From Mobula hypostoma (taxonomy: Eukaryota): a stretch of 64,000 nt of DNA. The notes under the pieces are model-generated. The model saw only the letters and a program-made list of their open reading frames with translations, made no database searches and was not told the DNA's origin. The stretch is taken from NCBI RefSeq assembly GCF_963921235.1, contig NC_086115.1, positions 37,510,001-37,574,000 on the forward strand, in the 5' to 3' direction. This document shows, piece after piece, positions 1 to 13,572 of this stretch (position 1 is the stretch's first letter; every line of letters starts with the position of its first letter). The position numbers were made by a program, and so were the translations under genes.

Positions 1-1437
1 CAGATCATTGATTTAGATGACAAACAACAGTGGACCCAGCACCAATCCCTGTTGCACTCCATTATTCACAGACTTCCAATCAGAGGAGCAACCACATACT
101 ACCAGTCCCTGGCTTCTCCCAAAAAGCCAATGGCTAATCTAATTTACTACCTCATCTTGAATACCAAATGACTGAACCTTCCTGACCAACCTCCCAAGCA
201 GGACCTTGTCAAGTACCTTTGCCCATGTAGACAACATCACTCTATTGCCTTCATCACCTTTTCTAGTAAGTTCCTTGAATAGCTCCGTTGGATTGGTTTG
301 ACACAACCTACAATGCTAAAAGCCATACTGACTACCCCTAGTCAATCCATGTACCCATATATCTAGTCCCTTAGAATACTTTCCAGTAATTTTCATAGTA
401 CTGATGTCAGGTTCACCAGCCTATAATTTTCTGGTTTAGATTTCCTCCAATCCTCCGGTACTTCGGCCATTGATAAGGATGATTTAAGTACCTCTGCCAG
501 GGTCCCTGCAATTTCTGCACTTGATTCCCTCAGGATCTGATGGAACACCTTGTCATGTCCTAATCTGCCTCACTGGAAACACCTCCTCCTCTGTAATCTG
601 TATAGGGCCCATGAAATCAATGCAGCTTTGCCTCATTTCGATATGTCCATCTCCTGAGTAAATACAGATGCATAAAGAAACCATTTAAGATCCCTCCCAT
701 GTCTTTTGGCTCCACCCATGGATCATCATTCTGATCTTCCAGAGACCAGTTTTGTCCCTTGCAATCATTTTGCTCTTAAGATATCTGTAGAATCCTTTAG
801 GATTCTCCTTCAGTTTGTTAGCTAGGGCAACCTCATATCTTCTTCCAGCCTTCCTGATTTCTTTCTTAAGTGTTGCCTTGTATTTCTTATAGTCCATAAG
901 TACCTCATTTGTTCCTACCTGTCTAAGTTGCTCCTCTCTGTGCCTTGTGGTTCATCGGGCGGCAACTTTACTGCTTCTTCAGCATTTGTCTGGTTTTTTT
1001 TAAATGAGGCAGAGTTGCTAGCTGGATGCTCAACCAACCACGAATGGGAAACATGCAAGGAGCTGGCTGGATTCGAACCCGGAACCACCCGCCTCGAAGT
1101 CCAGTGCAGATGCCACTACACCACCGACTGGCTTATATCTACTATGCACCTCCTTTTTTCTTTCCCCTTAACCAGGGCCTCAATATCTCTTGAAAACCAA
1201 GGTTCCCAAAACCTGTTATCTTTACCTTTTATTCTGACAGGGAGATACAAGCTTTATACTCTCAAAATTTCACTTTTGAAGACCTCCCACTTACCAACTA
1301 CACCATTGCCAGAAAACAGCCTCACTTGCCAAATCCACTCTGATACCATCAAAATTGGCCCATCTTCAATTTAGAATCTCAATCCAAGCAGCAGACCTAT
1401 CTTTTTCCATATTTACTTTGAAACTAATGGCATTATG
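1..1437 (-). mobile_element. CR1 LINE ORF2 fragment, split by the SINE
   Basis: QGLVLGPLLF RT motif near position 1; LKKEIRKAGRRYEVALANKLKENPKGFYRY. Confidence 0.8.
926..1132 (-). mobile_element. tRNA-derived SINE inserted in CR1
   Basis: Minus-strand head with A box TGGTGTAGTGG and B box GGTTCGAATCC. A related head is at about 54886-54949. Confidence 0.75.
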
Positions 1438-1724
1438 ATATTTACAGAGGTTGTAGATACAGTTTTGAAAGTTCAGGGAATTGAAGACTGTAAAGAATTA
1501 GCACAGAGGAGATAAGGAGGCATAGGCAGATGAGCCATGAGCATATGGAATGGCAGGATAAGTTGAGAGATAAGGTAGACTACTACTACTTTTTAAAAAA
1601 ATGTAATACTTGCATGAAGAAGCAACACCTCTAACTTTCTGGTATAATAGAAAGAAAGACATCACAAAGCAACTTTAATGATAAAACAAACACCTACTCT
1701 TTTCAGAACAACAGAAGTGCTATA

Positions 1725-2328
1725 CGAGGGGTGATTGATAAGTTTGTGGCCTAAGGCAAAAGAAGGGAGTCAATTTTAGAAAAACTAGCACATTTATTTT
1801 TCCTACATTTACATACTTAGTCCAGCAGTCGTGGAGCATACGGTTCCCTTCTTTGTAGAAGTCGGCGTCTTGGAGCTCCAGAAGTGATCCACAGCAGGGG
1901 TGATTGATAAGTTCATGGCCTAAGGTAGAAGATGAGTTATTAACTTCAAACTTTCTGCATTTTCACTCAAAGAGTTGAACTGCACATGCATGTAACAAGA
2001 GCTGTATAACTCATCTCCTTCTACCTTAGGCCACAAACTTATCACCCCTGCTGTGGACCACCTGGAGGTCCAAGACGCTCTCATTACATGTACGTGCCGT
2101 TCAATTCTTTGAGTGATTATGCATAAAATTTGAAGTTAATAACTCAACTCCTTCTACCTTAGGCCATGAACTTATCAATGACCCCTGCCGTTGACCACTT
2201 CTACAAAGAAAGGATCCGTATGCTTCATGACCGCTGGACTAAGTGTGCATATGTAGGAGGGGACTACGTTGAAAAATAAATATGCTAGGTTTTCTAACTT
2301 AGGCCATGAACATATCAATCACCCCTCG
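1725..2328. mobile_element. Tc1/mariner-derived MITE, largely palindromic
   Basis: TA-CGAGGGGTGATTGATA ... TATCAATCACCCCTCG-TA. TA target duplication and mariner-type CGAGGGG TIR. Confidence 0.85.
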
Positions 2329-5300
2329 TAGTACAGATTATTCGCTATGCACTGAATATAGGTGCTCTGCAAAGGGATCATCCAATCTGATATTACTTTG
2401 ACGTAGGGGAGACCACATTGCAAGTATCAAATGTAGTACATTAGAGTGGGCTAAATACAAGGAAAGGCTGACAGATTCACTTTTCCAGACTTAAAATGCC
2501 AATCATTATGCAACTGGCAACAAAGATTCTTGATTAAAGGGTATAAGGTGAAAGCAGGGGAGTGGCGATGACTGGATGAAGTGGATCAGCCCATGATTGA
2601 ATGGCAGAGCAGATGTGATGGGCCAAATGGCCTACTTCTGCTCCTAATTCTTATGCATAACTAAGCAACAAGATGATAAGGCCACAAGAGATGGGAGAAT
2701 TAGGCCATTTGGCCTAACAAGCAATTTCTTCATGACTGATGCATTTTCCCTCTCAACCCCATTCTCCTGTCTTCTCCACATAACCTTTCTAATCAAGAAC
2801 CTATCAACCTCCAACTTAAATACACCCAGTGACTTGGCCTCCACAGCTGCCTGTAGCAATGAATTCTACAGATTCACCCCATGATATGTGGATTCAATTT
2901 ATATAATATTGGGCCGCTCATGTAACACATTCCAAAGGGTTTGGGTAGCAAATAGCCGACACTGGCTAGCCAACAAGAGATAATTTAGTGGAAGTGAGAA
3001 AAAATTAATGAGGCTAAATTTTGAAATATTGCTAGATGACAGGAAAATGTCCTGGTAACCACCACTGTGAAAGGATTCATATTTGCTCTGTTTATTCTGC
3101 AAACAGCTATACCCTAGCCATCTTCTTCCCATCATTTAATAATCCCACATTGCCTGACAACTGGGATAAAAGCTTTTCTAAGATGATTTGAGGTAAATAA
3201 CAAAGCTTAGACTCTCTTCTCATGGATAATTACATGATTGCAATGCTTGTGCTAACCTATACAAAGCTGTCAGCAACCATTGCAATTGATGAATAATTAA
3301 AATATATTCTGATCTGTTTAGCAATATCAACTCATAAAATGATTCATTACTTGTAAACTTTTAATATTGTAGATGTGTTTGTTAGCTGATTCATATGAAT
3401 ACATTCTGCAGCTGCTGTCATGTAAAATATATAATTGGCACAAAGCTTATAGGGACAAGTACTAAAGTGTCTCTCAACCCTTGAGAAACACAGCATTTCC
3501 TTTGCTTTTCATTTAAAAAATAATTTAACTTTACATATTGTAATTGTTACAAACAAGGCTGATAGAAAGTGGTTCATTGTGATTGGCAATGTACCAGTAG
3601 GCTGTGCTATCTTAATCTGATGTATTACATAACCAAAATTGCACCTGAGGCCATAGGCATAAAAGGCCTTGCACCATCTCATTAAGAAATCCAGAGGCAC
3701 AAGATTAAAGAGCGTCTGTGCTGCCAAACTTCCTCCAAAATGTTCAAAAACTGGGACATTCCAATGAAGATACTGGATAATTACCTAGCACCATATTCCC
3801 TCCCTCTCCTCCCCCCCCACCCTTTGGCAGTCCCTCGGCATCAAGAATGCTTTGGTTGAATAAGAATGACACCTGCCTCCCATCTTCATAGGAATGTGAG
3901 TTTATGAACATTTCAGAGGAAGTCTTGGCAGAACAGAAAGTGTTTTAAAATCTCAAGCGTGGGGCTGAAACAAGAAATGGACAAGAGATGTGTGCAGATA
4001 GTATCAGTATGAAAATGTCAGACTCCCTCTTCCAGTCCCTAGCTCCTCCTCTCCAACATTGTTTGAATACTCAAACTTATGTGCTACCAATCTAATTCAG
4101 TTTTTATCCTTAGATGTAAAGAAACAGTTTTAATACAAGTCCCAGGTATATTTATTTTTAAATGTTTAGTTTCAGCTCAAAACAAATTGCACACTACGGA
4201 CAAGCAAATAGGAAAGAACTTTAAAACAGTTTATTTCTACTGCTAACAAGCCATAAAACAAGTAAATATTGTGAGGGGAATAATAGTTACAGGAGTTATT
4301 TTCATTTCCAGCAAGGAGTCTTAATTTGCTTGCAAATCGTTAAGGTCCTGGCAAATTTTCTTCTGTGCACAGACACCAGAGGTGTCTTGTGAAATATTCT
4401 GATGCATTGCTAGAATACTACTTAGCAATATGCAGGAACATAGAAAAATGAAACTGCTCTTCCCAGCAAGCAAGTCATCCTTATCACAACATTTGAGGTA
4501 ATTTATGATTGATGGTGCAGAGACAGACTGGAGTCTCCTCTTTCCAATTGTTTCATTGCCAAATTACAGAAGCTGAACAGAGTGAAGGCAAATCTTCCAT
4601 GTTCTTTTGGAGATCAAAAAAGTGAAAGTAAGCAAAGAAACATCAGATTCTGAGGAGACATGATAGAGTAAACGTCTTGTTTGACGGTATACACATTCTG
4701 TATATAGTTAAATGACAATAAACTTGACTTGATATTCATATTTTTGGCTTGGCTGAAAATGTTCAGCAAACTGCTTCATTAATGCAAGAAAATAAAATGA
4801 GATTATCAATTCTTTAATCATTTGATGTTTATTTAAAAAGTTACATAGAAATGGACTGACAAGTTCACTATTGCAACTAAACAGAATATCGTAAGCAGAA
4901 GGAAACCAAATGGGGCAATCTATTACCACTCCAAGTGCATTTGGTTATAAAAATAGCCAAAAAGCTAAAAAGTAGAAAATAAAACTTTGTACAACCCATT
5001 CTGACTTCATCTAAGTAATTCAAGTTTTGCCAAAATAATTAATTTCTGGAGATAATTGGTTTGAACTCAAATGTCAGTACTGTATTCAAAATTTTAAATA
5101 CAAATTCAAACTAATTTACTTGCACTATATTCACATATAGCTGACCTTGGAAGGTGAAGCTTTACAGAGGTATCTGGCAATGTTTTGGAGGGGTGGGGAA
5201 GAATAAAGTGGGTCATTACAGTGCATTAGAAAATTACAAATCACACCTGCAATATCTCCCCATTTGATTATCTGAGCTGCTCAGTGGAGTGCATCCCCGA

Positions 5301-7113
5301 CCAGGTGCTTCCCAATAATATTGTGCAAGAAAGCAATACCAAGCTATTTGTTATAACTGGTTCAAGAATACTATAATTTTAGGAATTGACTGACATCCTA
5401 TTACCCAAATTGCAAGTAGATGGCCTATTACAATATTAAATGCAGATCTATAAAAAAAATTTGCAAAATTACTGAAGTAAACATTCACCAATTTGGAAGG
5501 AAACCATTGTTGTTCCTGGTCAGGTCCTATAGTATACACATGGATGGAAGCTGAACCCGAAATTAACCTACCTTTTACCTATTTTAGGCTTAAAGTACAG
5601 TGCGAACTAGAACACTAAATTATGTTCTTGTATAATACAATTCTGAAGAGAAGCATTCAGAATGAAAAATGAATATTTTAAGAGAAAGTTACATAGTCAT
5701 TCATTTTCCACATGCCATTTACCTGAAGGATTGTATGTTTATATTTTAATTCAAAACGAGCATAAATAAACATTCTAAAAAGCAAAGATCTTTAAATTGT
5801 TCTGTAATAATAATTATAATACTTTTAACAGTAGCATTTATTCAGTATTTTGTCCCAATATTCTGCTGTAACTTGAAACTAGCTACAGTAAGTTTTCCCA
5901 GTGTTTCCTGCAATAAAACCACATATCTGAAACAATTGTATCTGGCAATCCAATACTCGTTCTAACAAAATTAATTGAACAAAAAGTTAATGAAAGCTTG
6001 TTAGTTGTGCCCAAATGTCAGTTGACTCTTAGAACATTGAAGGCTTCATTAATTCAACTGCATGCAATAATTAACTAAAATAGATACAAACTCTTAAACC
6101 TTTTCAATACATGACATGGATTGTAATTCAACCAAATAATGTTGACCAAGGCACCAAACAAACACACATATTGCATTATCCAGGCTCTGAAGTAGCCACT
6201 AAACAATAAAGACAGCAGGATTTGAGGCTCCTCAGGTTATCTTGTTTGGTCAGACCATGCAGAGTGGAACTGTGAGGGAAGTCAAGGCAAATAAGGAAAT
6301 ATTTAAAATTAAATAGGTTTATGGAGCAAAACAATTGCAGCTTCAAGTTACAATAAACTATCAAGAGCAGTAATACATTTCATGTATCAAAACATTATAT
6401 GCTCAAGTAGAAAAACAATGCACAAAACAAGATTTTAGTAAACATGCTAAATGCAAGTATTGTGAATTCTTTCACAGTATTGCTTTCCTGTGCAAATCAA
6501 TTAGCAAATGTGTGTGTGTGGGGGGGGGGGGAAGAGAGAGGGGGAGGGGAAAGAAAGCAAATCTTAATGCCCCTTTGCCCTGCTGATGAACATAAAGTTC
6601 AGGAGTGCTTAATCATTCAGTAAAGTAAACTCTAGCCATAAGATAACATCCATTGCCCCAATTTTACATCACCTTGCCAACTACAGAACTGGCTGCCATT
6701 CAAGATTACGCAGACTCCCAGGACAGAGGCCTTGATGAGATCACAAGAACACCCAAGCAAACCTAAAAATGTGTTCAACAGTCTAAAATTATCTGACATT
6801 GTTTTTGTAAGTTAAAGTTAATTTTAGGCATGATATGCTATTAATATTTTCCACTTGATTAATACAAAGAACATTTCAAAAAGGGAGATACAATTCAAAA
6901 TGTCAAGGTCATAAATGCCATCGCAATAACGATATGCTAAACAATCCCTAGGAACTCGACATTTTTGCATGTATTCTAAAGATCAAGCTCAAATAAAGTT
7001 CCAATTGAATTATTTCCCCACTGCAAAACTTTGGAATTGCAAGCTTTGAGAGTGCAACTGAAGAAAAAAAGGTGGGGGGGAGAAGGGGGGGGGGAAGAAA
7101 AAAAAATCAGAAT

Positions 7114-7302
7114 TTAATTATTGCAAATTTCAACATGTTCCAGCAGGTCTCGGTGCCGACTGGTGGGGTATTGAGCTTTGCACTTGGGGCATTCCAAGAA
7201 ACTCTCATCAAGATGATTTTTGGATCTTGGAAAACTTGATTTCTCTTCACTCTCACTGTTTCTGTTCAACCCTGGCTCCAGGAGGCATTTGTCTTCTATT
7301 TG
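7114..7302 (-). CDS. CEP55: CEP55 last coding exon with C-terminal zinc finger
   Basis: Acceptor ttgttgcag| then QIEDK...LDESFLECPKCKAQYPTSRHRDLLEHVEICNN-TAA. Compare human LNESLVECPKCNIQYPATEHRDLLVHVEYC. Confidence 0.95.
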   Translation of the reverse strand, partial: QIEDKCLLEPGLNRNSESEEKSSFPRSKNHLDESFLECPKCKAQYPTSRHRDLLEHVEICNN

Positions 7303-7675
7303 CTGCAACAAAAATAAGTATTTTTAAAATCATTTACCCAAATATGCATACAATGCATTTCAATATTGCTGAAAGGTTAAGTGTTTGAGGTTTGTATGTT
7401 TGCTTCCCAATTCATTTGTTCTAGCATGGATGATTCAAGACCACTTGATGCATGCTGCAACAGCCACAGAAGTGGAGTACTCTAGTCTTATAGTCCAATA
7501 TTAATCTTACACTCTACTTTATTGCCTCTGCTAATTCTTCCCACCGAAACACAACACTTACCCTTTCAAAGTATTAATTTTCATCTAGCACCTAATCTCA
7601 GTCTCTACTCCCAATTCTTGAAGCCTACGATCCTCCTCACAGATCATGATGCCTCCAAATTTTGTTATTACTATA

Positions 7676-10320
7676 CATCATAGAGCAGTACAGCACAGAA
7701 TTGGGCCCTTCAGTCCATCCCGGACTGTTATTCTACTAGTCTCACTGACCCACACCTGGACCATAACCCTCTAATGCTCCACCCATCCACATATTTATCC
7801 AAACCTCTCAAATGTTGCAATTGAACCTGCATCCACCACTTCCACTAGCAACTCATTCCATACTTGCAGCACTAAGTGAGGTTCCCCTTAAATGTTTCAC
7901 CTTTCACTCTTAACCTATGACCTGTAGTCCAAGGTTCAACCAAACTCAGTGGGAAAAGCTAGCTTGCATTTATTCTCTTTATACTCCTCTATTTTGTATA
8001 CCACTATCAAATCTCCCCTCATTCTCCAGGGAATAACGTCCTAACCTATTTAATTTTTCCCTATAAATCAGGTGATCATCCCAGCAACATCCTTGTAAAT
8101 TTTCTCTGTATTCTTTCAATCTTACTGATACCTTTCCTATAGGTGGGTAACCATAACTGTACACAATACTCCAAACTGGGCCTCACCAACATCTTGTACA
8201 ATTTCAACACAACATCCCAATTTTTATGCTCAAGAAGATCATAAAATATAGGAACAGATTTAGGTCGTTTGGCACATCAAGTCTGCTTTGCCATTTCATC
8301 ATGACTGATCAATTTCCCTCTCGGCCCCAATCTCCTGCCTTCTCCCCATATCCCTTCATGTCCTGACTAATCAAGAATCTACCAAACTCTGCCTTAAATA
8401 TACATAAAGACTTGGCCTCCAGATCTGCCTGTGGCAAAGAATTCCAGAAATTCACCACTCTCTGGTTGAAGAAATTCCTCATTTCCATTCTAAAAAGGAT
8501 GCCCCTCTACTTTGAGGCTGTTTTCTGGTCTTAGACTCCCCACCATAGGAAACATTGCTTCTGCATCCACTTTATTGAGGTCTTTCAACAGTTGTTAGGT
8601 TTCAATTAGATCCTCCCTCCCCACCCAATTCTTCTGAGAGACAAACTCTCTTCAAATGACATGCCTTTCAATCCTGGAATCATTTATGAACCTCCTTTGA
8701 ATGCTTTCCAATGTCAGCACATCCTTTCTTAGATAAAGAGTCCAAAACTGCTCACAATACTCCAAGTGAGGACTCACCAGTGCTTCATAAAACTTCAACA
8801 CTGCATCATTGCTTTGAGATTCTAGTCCTCTTGAAATGAATGCTAACATCACATTTCCCTTCCTCGCCAAAGACTCAACCCACAAATTAACCTTTAAGGA
8901 ATCCTGCACAAGGACTCCAAAGTCCCTCTGTACCTCAGATTTTTAAAATTTTCTCTCCATTTAGAAAATAATCTACCCTTTCATTTCTTGTACCAAAATG
9001 CATGACCAGACATTTCCTGACACTGTATTTCATCTGCCACTTCTTGCCCATTCTCCTAATCTCTCTAAGCCTCTCTACTTCCTCAAAACTCCCTTCCACC
9101 TATCTTTGTATTGTCTGCAAACTTGGGTCACAAAACCATCAATTCTGTCATCCAAGTCATTGACATATAACGTAAAAAGCAGTCCCAAAACAGAATTTCT
9201 GTGGAATATCACTAGTCACCAGCAACCAACCAGAAAAGGCTCCTTCAATTCCCACTTTTTGTCTCCTGACAATCAGGCAGTGCTTTAGTCACGTTAGTAA
9301 CTTCCCTGTAATACCATGGGCTCATAATTTGTTAAGCAGCCTCATGTGTAGCACCTTGTCGAAGGCCTTCTGAAAATCTATGTACATAACATCCACAGAT
9401 TCCTTTTGTCTAAACTGCTTGTTATTTCTTCAAAGAATTCTAATGGATTTATCAGGCAAGATTCTAACTTTAAGAAAACCATGCTGACTACAGGCTACTT
9501 TATCACGTGCATCTAAGTACCCCAAAATCACATCCTTACCAATTGACTCCAACACCTTCCCAACCAGAGGTCAAACTAACTGGCCTACATTTTGCAATCT
9601 TCTGCCTCTCTCCCTTCTTGAAGAGTGGAGTGACATTTGCATTTTTTCATTCCTCTAGAACTATGCCAGAATCAATTGATTCTTAAAAGATTATTACTAC
9701 TGCCTCAACAATCTCTTCAGCCACCACTTTCAGAACCCTGGGGTGTACAGCATACCAGCTGGTTCGGGTGATTTATCTTCAGACCTTTCAGCTTCCCAAG
9801 CACCTTCTCCCTAGTAATAACAACTTCTCATATTTCTGCCCAACACGCTCAAACTTCCAGCATACTACTAGTGTCTTCCACAGTGAAGCAAAATACTTGT
9901 TCAGTTCTTCCGCCATTTCCTTGACCCCCATTACTAACTGTCCAGTATTATTTTCCAGTGGGCCAATATTTTCCATACCTAGAAAATATTTTCAGAGTAT
10001 TTTCTACTCTCACCTCTTTTACACTTTACGCCCCTGAAGAACTTATGGTATCCTCTTTAATATTATTGGCTAGCTTACCTTCATATTCCATCTTTTCCTT
10101 CTTAATGACTTCCATTGATTTTTTAAAAAGTTTCCAATCCTCTAACTTCCCATTAATTTTGCTCCATTATACACCCTCTTTGGCTTTTATGTTGGCTTGG
10201 GATTTCTCTTATTAGCCACAGTTGTGTCATCTTGCCTTTAGAATACTTCTTCCTATTTGGGATGTATATATTCTGTGTCTTTCGAATTGCTTCCAGAAAT
10301 TCCATCTATTGCTGCTCTAC
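7676..10320 (-). mobile_element. Two adjacent CR1 LINE fragments
   Basis: ALVSPHLEYCEQFW..LESIQRRF; EMAEELNKYFAS; typical CR1 3' tails near 7676 and 8236. Confidence 0.8.
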
Positions 10321-10612
10321 TCTGATTTATGAAAGTCACTGAGCCAAAAGCTCTCTACAACACTTTCAAGGAATTATGGATCTGTATTCCCAGATCCCCG
10401 TTCTACCACACTCCTCAGTGTCTGAAAGTTCACTGTGCAAGTCCTACCCTGGCGTGATAGCCTTCCTCGCTGCCCACTACACCTCCAAGCTTGCATCATC
10501 TTCAGATATGTTGATCAATATCTATGAAGTTATACCATCACAAATGGAAAACTAACCACAAATTATTTCCCCCACAGTGGATAACACTCAAGTAAATTAT
10601 CTGCATACTTAC

Positions 10613-10738
10613 AGTATTCTCAAGTCTTGCAATTTGCTCTCGTGCCTTCCGCAATTCTTTCAAGACTTTGTGCAATTGATGTTGCAGATTTTGACGTTCA
10701 TGTTTTTCATTTTCAAAGTCTGAAGAAATGTTCTGCAT
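10613..10738 (-). CDS. CEP55: CEP55 coding exon 7 (126 nt)
   Basis: Acceptor ttttatag| then MQNISSDFENEKHERQNLQHQLHKVLKELRKAREQIARLENT, donor |GTAAGT. Contains the DFENEK motif. Confidence 0.95.
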
Positions 10739-13536
10739 CTATAAAAGATTAAAAGTAATTTCACAACCAAATGCATGATAAAAAATGAATTAGCTTCCAT
10801 GTGAATTATTAACTTAATATGGTTTTGTATTATAAATAACTCAGTCCAATCATTCTTAATTCACAAAGATAGTTATCAAAGCTAAAGGAGCAGATCATTC
10901 TCTTTAAACTAATCACTGTTGTGACCTTCATGACAGCCAATTGGTAATGGATACTGCAGATATGGCACAAAATGGAATGCATAAATAGAATGATAGCTAT
11001 TTGCTTAGAAAAGTAGAGACCTTCCAGTGGATGTTCACAGATCCTTAGAGGTAATCAAGGGAAGAAGTTACACTAGTGAGGTTACTGTTCAAGAACTGCA
11101 TTCAGTTTTGACTACCATATTACAGAATAATTTTATTTCTATTTCTTGTGCTTTCTCTGAAAAGATTACAAAGGAAATTTACAAACACCTTGTCATAACT
11201 GTAACCTGCAAAGGGGATAAATTAGACAAGTTAGGAAACTAGAAAGAAAACAGGCAGGATCTAGTACACTTCTCATACTACTGAGGTCAACAACTGGAGG
11301 TACTGTGGAGGTAATTAGTGGTGAAGGATAAAGATTTGTATTGGTAAAACTTATTTGGCAGAAGGACTGCAGAAAAGGTACAAAGAACTGTAAATATTAA
11401 AGGAAATCGGATCATTTCAGGTCTGGAAACAATTGACTGGGGCATGAAAAAGAGGTAGAAGCAGTCACTATTAAAAAGGTATTCAGATCCATGGCCTTCA
11501 ACAACAATGAACAAAGCTTAAAGAAAGTTAGGCTGTGCAGCTGCCTTGACCAGCATCAACAAAGAGCAAGATGTTCTAGAATTCTATGACACTAGTACGT
11601 TCCTTATGCACAATACAAAAGTAAACTGTTAGAATAAATCTGGTATGGCAAACCCAAATTGCTTTAAAAGGTGTTAGAATAACATAGTAGACCAAGTCAT
11701 CTAGTAAGATTATTAATATTTTGGAGAAATTGTAAAAGAACACAGCAACAGTCTCTTGCTGCCAAGGATAAATTGTTTTGACTCCAATTTTGTGGATTTT
11801 AAAGTGACTGAGAAAGCCAATGCAGGAACCGCTGACTCTTCCAGAGAGAGAGCAGGAGGTGCCTGACTCAATGGGCAACAGGATAGTTTGAGAGGTGCTG
11901 CACTTCTTCCACATTTAAGTCTAGGTTTCTGTTCTCTCAATACATGGACTGGAAGTCCTCGATACAAACACAAATGATCTTTCTCCACTGGGCAATCATG
12001 GGCCAGGAATTCCTAAGAGTAGAAAGGTGCACCTTTTCAAGGAGGCTTTAGGCATGACATCAAAACTGTCCTGTGTTTGCCAGGTAAACCCTTCACATGA
12101 CAGATCATGGGAAAATTCTATTTTGAGTCAGGTGCTGGGCATGTGAACAGCAAGGTTTTGGAGAGTACACTAACCTTGGTTTGCTTATGCTTTCAGTAAA
12201 TTAGGATTTTGATGAATCAGTACTGTTACAGAGGAGCAACACCCAAGTCCCAGCAGGAGCATTTATTAGACTAGATCATAATCAGGTATGCAACTGTAAA
12301 CATGTCCAGATTACCCATGCCATGCCAGGCACAGAAGACCACTGCACTGATCATCTAAACCACTCATTGATATCAGGCTCCAGAACAGTAAAGGGCCCTA
12401 CAATGGTAGCCATTCTTAGACAGTACCTCATAGACAATTAATTCCAACCAACAAGAACCACAGAGTATCAGCTGACCCCATGTTCACCATAAATAGCATC
12501 TAGCTGAATCCAGCAAAAAAAAGGCATGACCTAAAGGATAGTAAGTGGAAAGAACAAAGGAACAATAGGAACTTGCTGCTTAGAATTGCATTCAAGTTCT
12601 TCAGCATTTCAAAATCATTTATGACCCAGACACCCAAGATTCTACTTCAATGAGATCCAAGGAAGAAAGTGAAGTTATCAGAGAAGCATGTGTTAATAAC
12701 TAGTTATTGAAAGCAGTTCAAATAACTCATTTTCAATCAGTTCACAAAAGGTTTCAATTGATAAACCAGTCCAGAGGTTCCCAACATTTTTTTATGCCAT
12801 GTATCCCTACCATAAACTGAGGGGTCTGTGGACCCCAGGTTGGGAGCTCCTGAAATCAAGTCAGCGGAATTCCTTCGACAAGATATTTCAATGAAAAACC
12901 TCTGGATTTACAAAGGCCATCTCAAACACTGAGGGAACCAACAGGCCATTTTTATCTCATTAACTTCTGGCAAATGCATCTATGATACCATCACAGAGTC
13001 AATATGGAATTCCATCTTCACATTATGGGCAGCCTCCATGGTATTACATGATAGTACAGTTGGTTAAATTGGACAAACTCAAACTCCCACTATCAGTACA
13101 ATTCAGATGAAAAACACTAAGCACAGAACTGCACATTACCAGAGCCATCGAATGGAACTGATTGCTCGATACTTAGCTGTGCCAATTATGTAATGACACT
13201 TGGTACATGCTGTCACTTTAAACAGCAAACATTTATTGCATTTGAAGTGATAACAGAGCAAAAACCTATTGATTATACAAAATCTAAAACAAAGATAGAT
13301 TGAAATTTCAATAAAAATAATCCATAATCCCTACAATGTGCCTATTAATAGACAATACTGTAACTGCATTTAAACATTCACAGAGTCATGATGACTTTCA
13401 GATTGCAGTGCTCATTGAATTACAGTCGGTATACCCTCAATGGATTGTTTTGACTTAATGGTCTGGTTGATCAGCATCATACATCAAAGTTGCTGGTGAA
13501 CACAGCAGGCCAAGCAGCATCTATAGGAAGAGGCGC

Positions 13537-13572
13537 AGTCGACGTTTCAGGCCGAGACCCTTCGTCAGGACT
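13537..13572 (-). ncRNA. Minimal hammerhead ribozyme motif
   Basis: Exact reverse complement of 14823-14858. Sense on the CEP55 pre-mRNA. Confidence 0.8.

Noticed and set aside
1063-1132. tRNA gene (A and B boxes, TCG anticodon-like loop)
   Set aside because: The anticodon stem does not pair, and it is attached to a repeat body inserted in CR1 with a second copy near 54900. It is a SINE head.
1725-2328. CRISPR-like repeat array
   Set aside because: Repeats are in both orientations, irregularly spaced and bounded by TA. These are transposon TIRs in a eukaryote.
4151-5842. CEP55 polyadenylation signals (minus-strand AATAAA at about 4151, 4230 and 5837)
   Set aside because: Several candidates in AT-rich DNA; cannot choose without transcript data.
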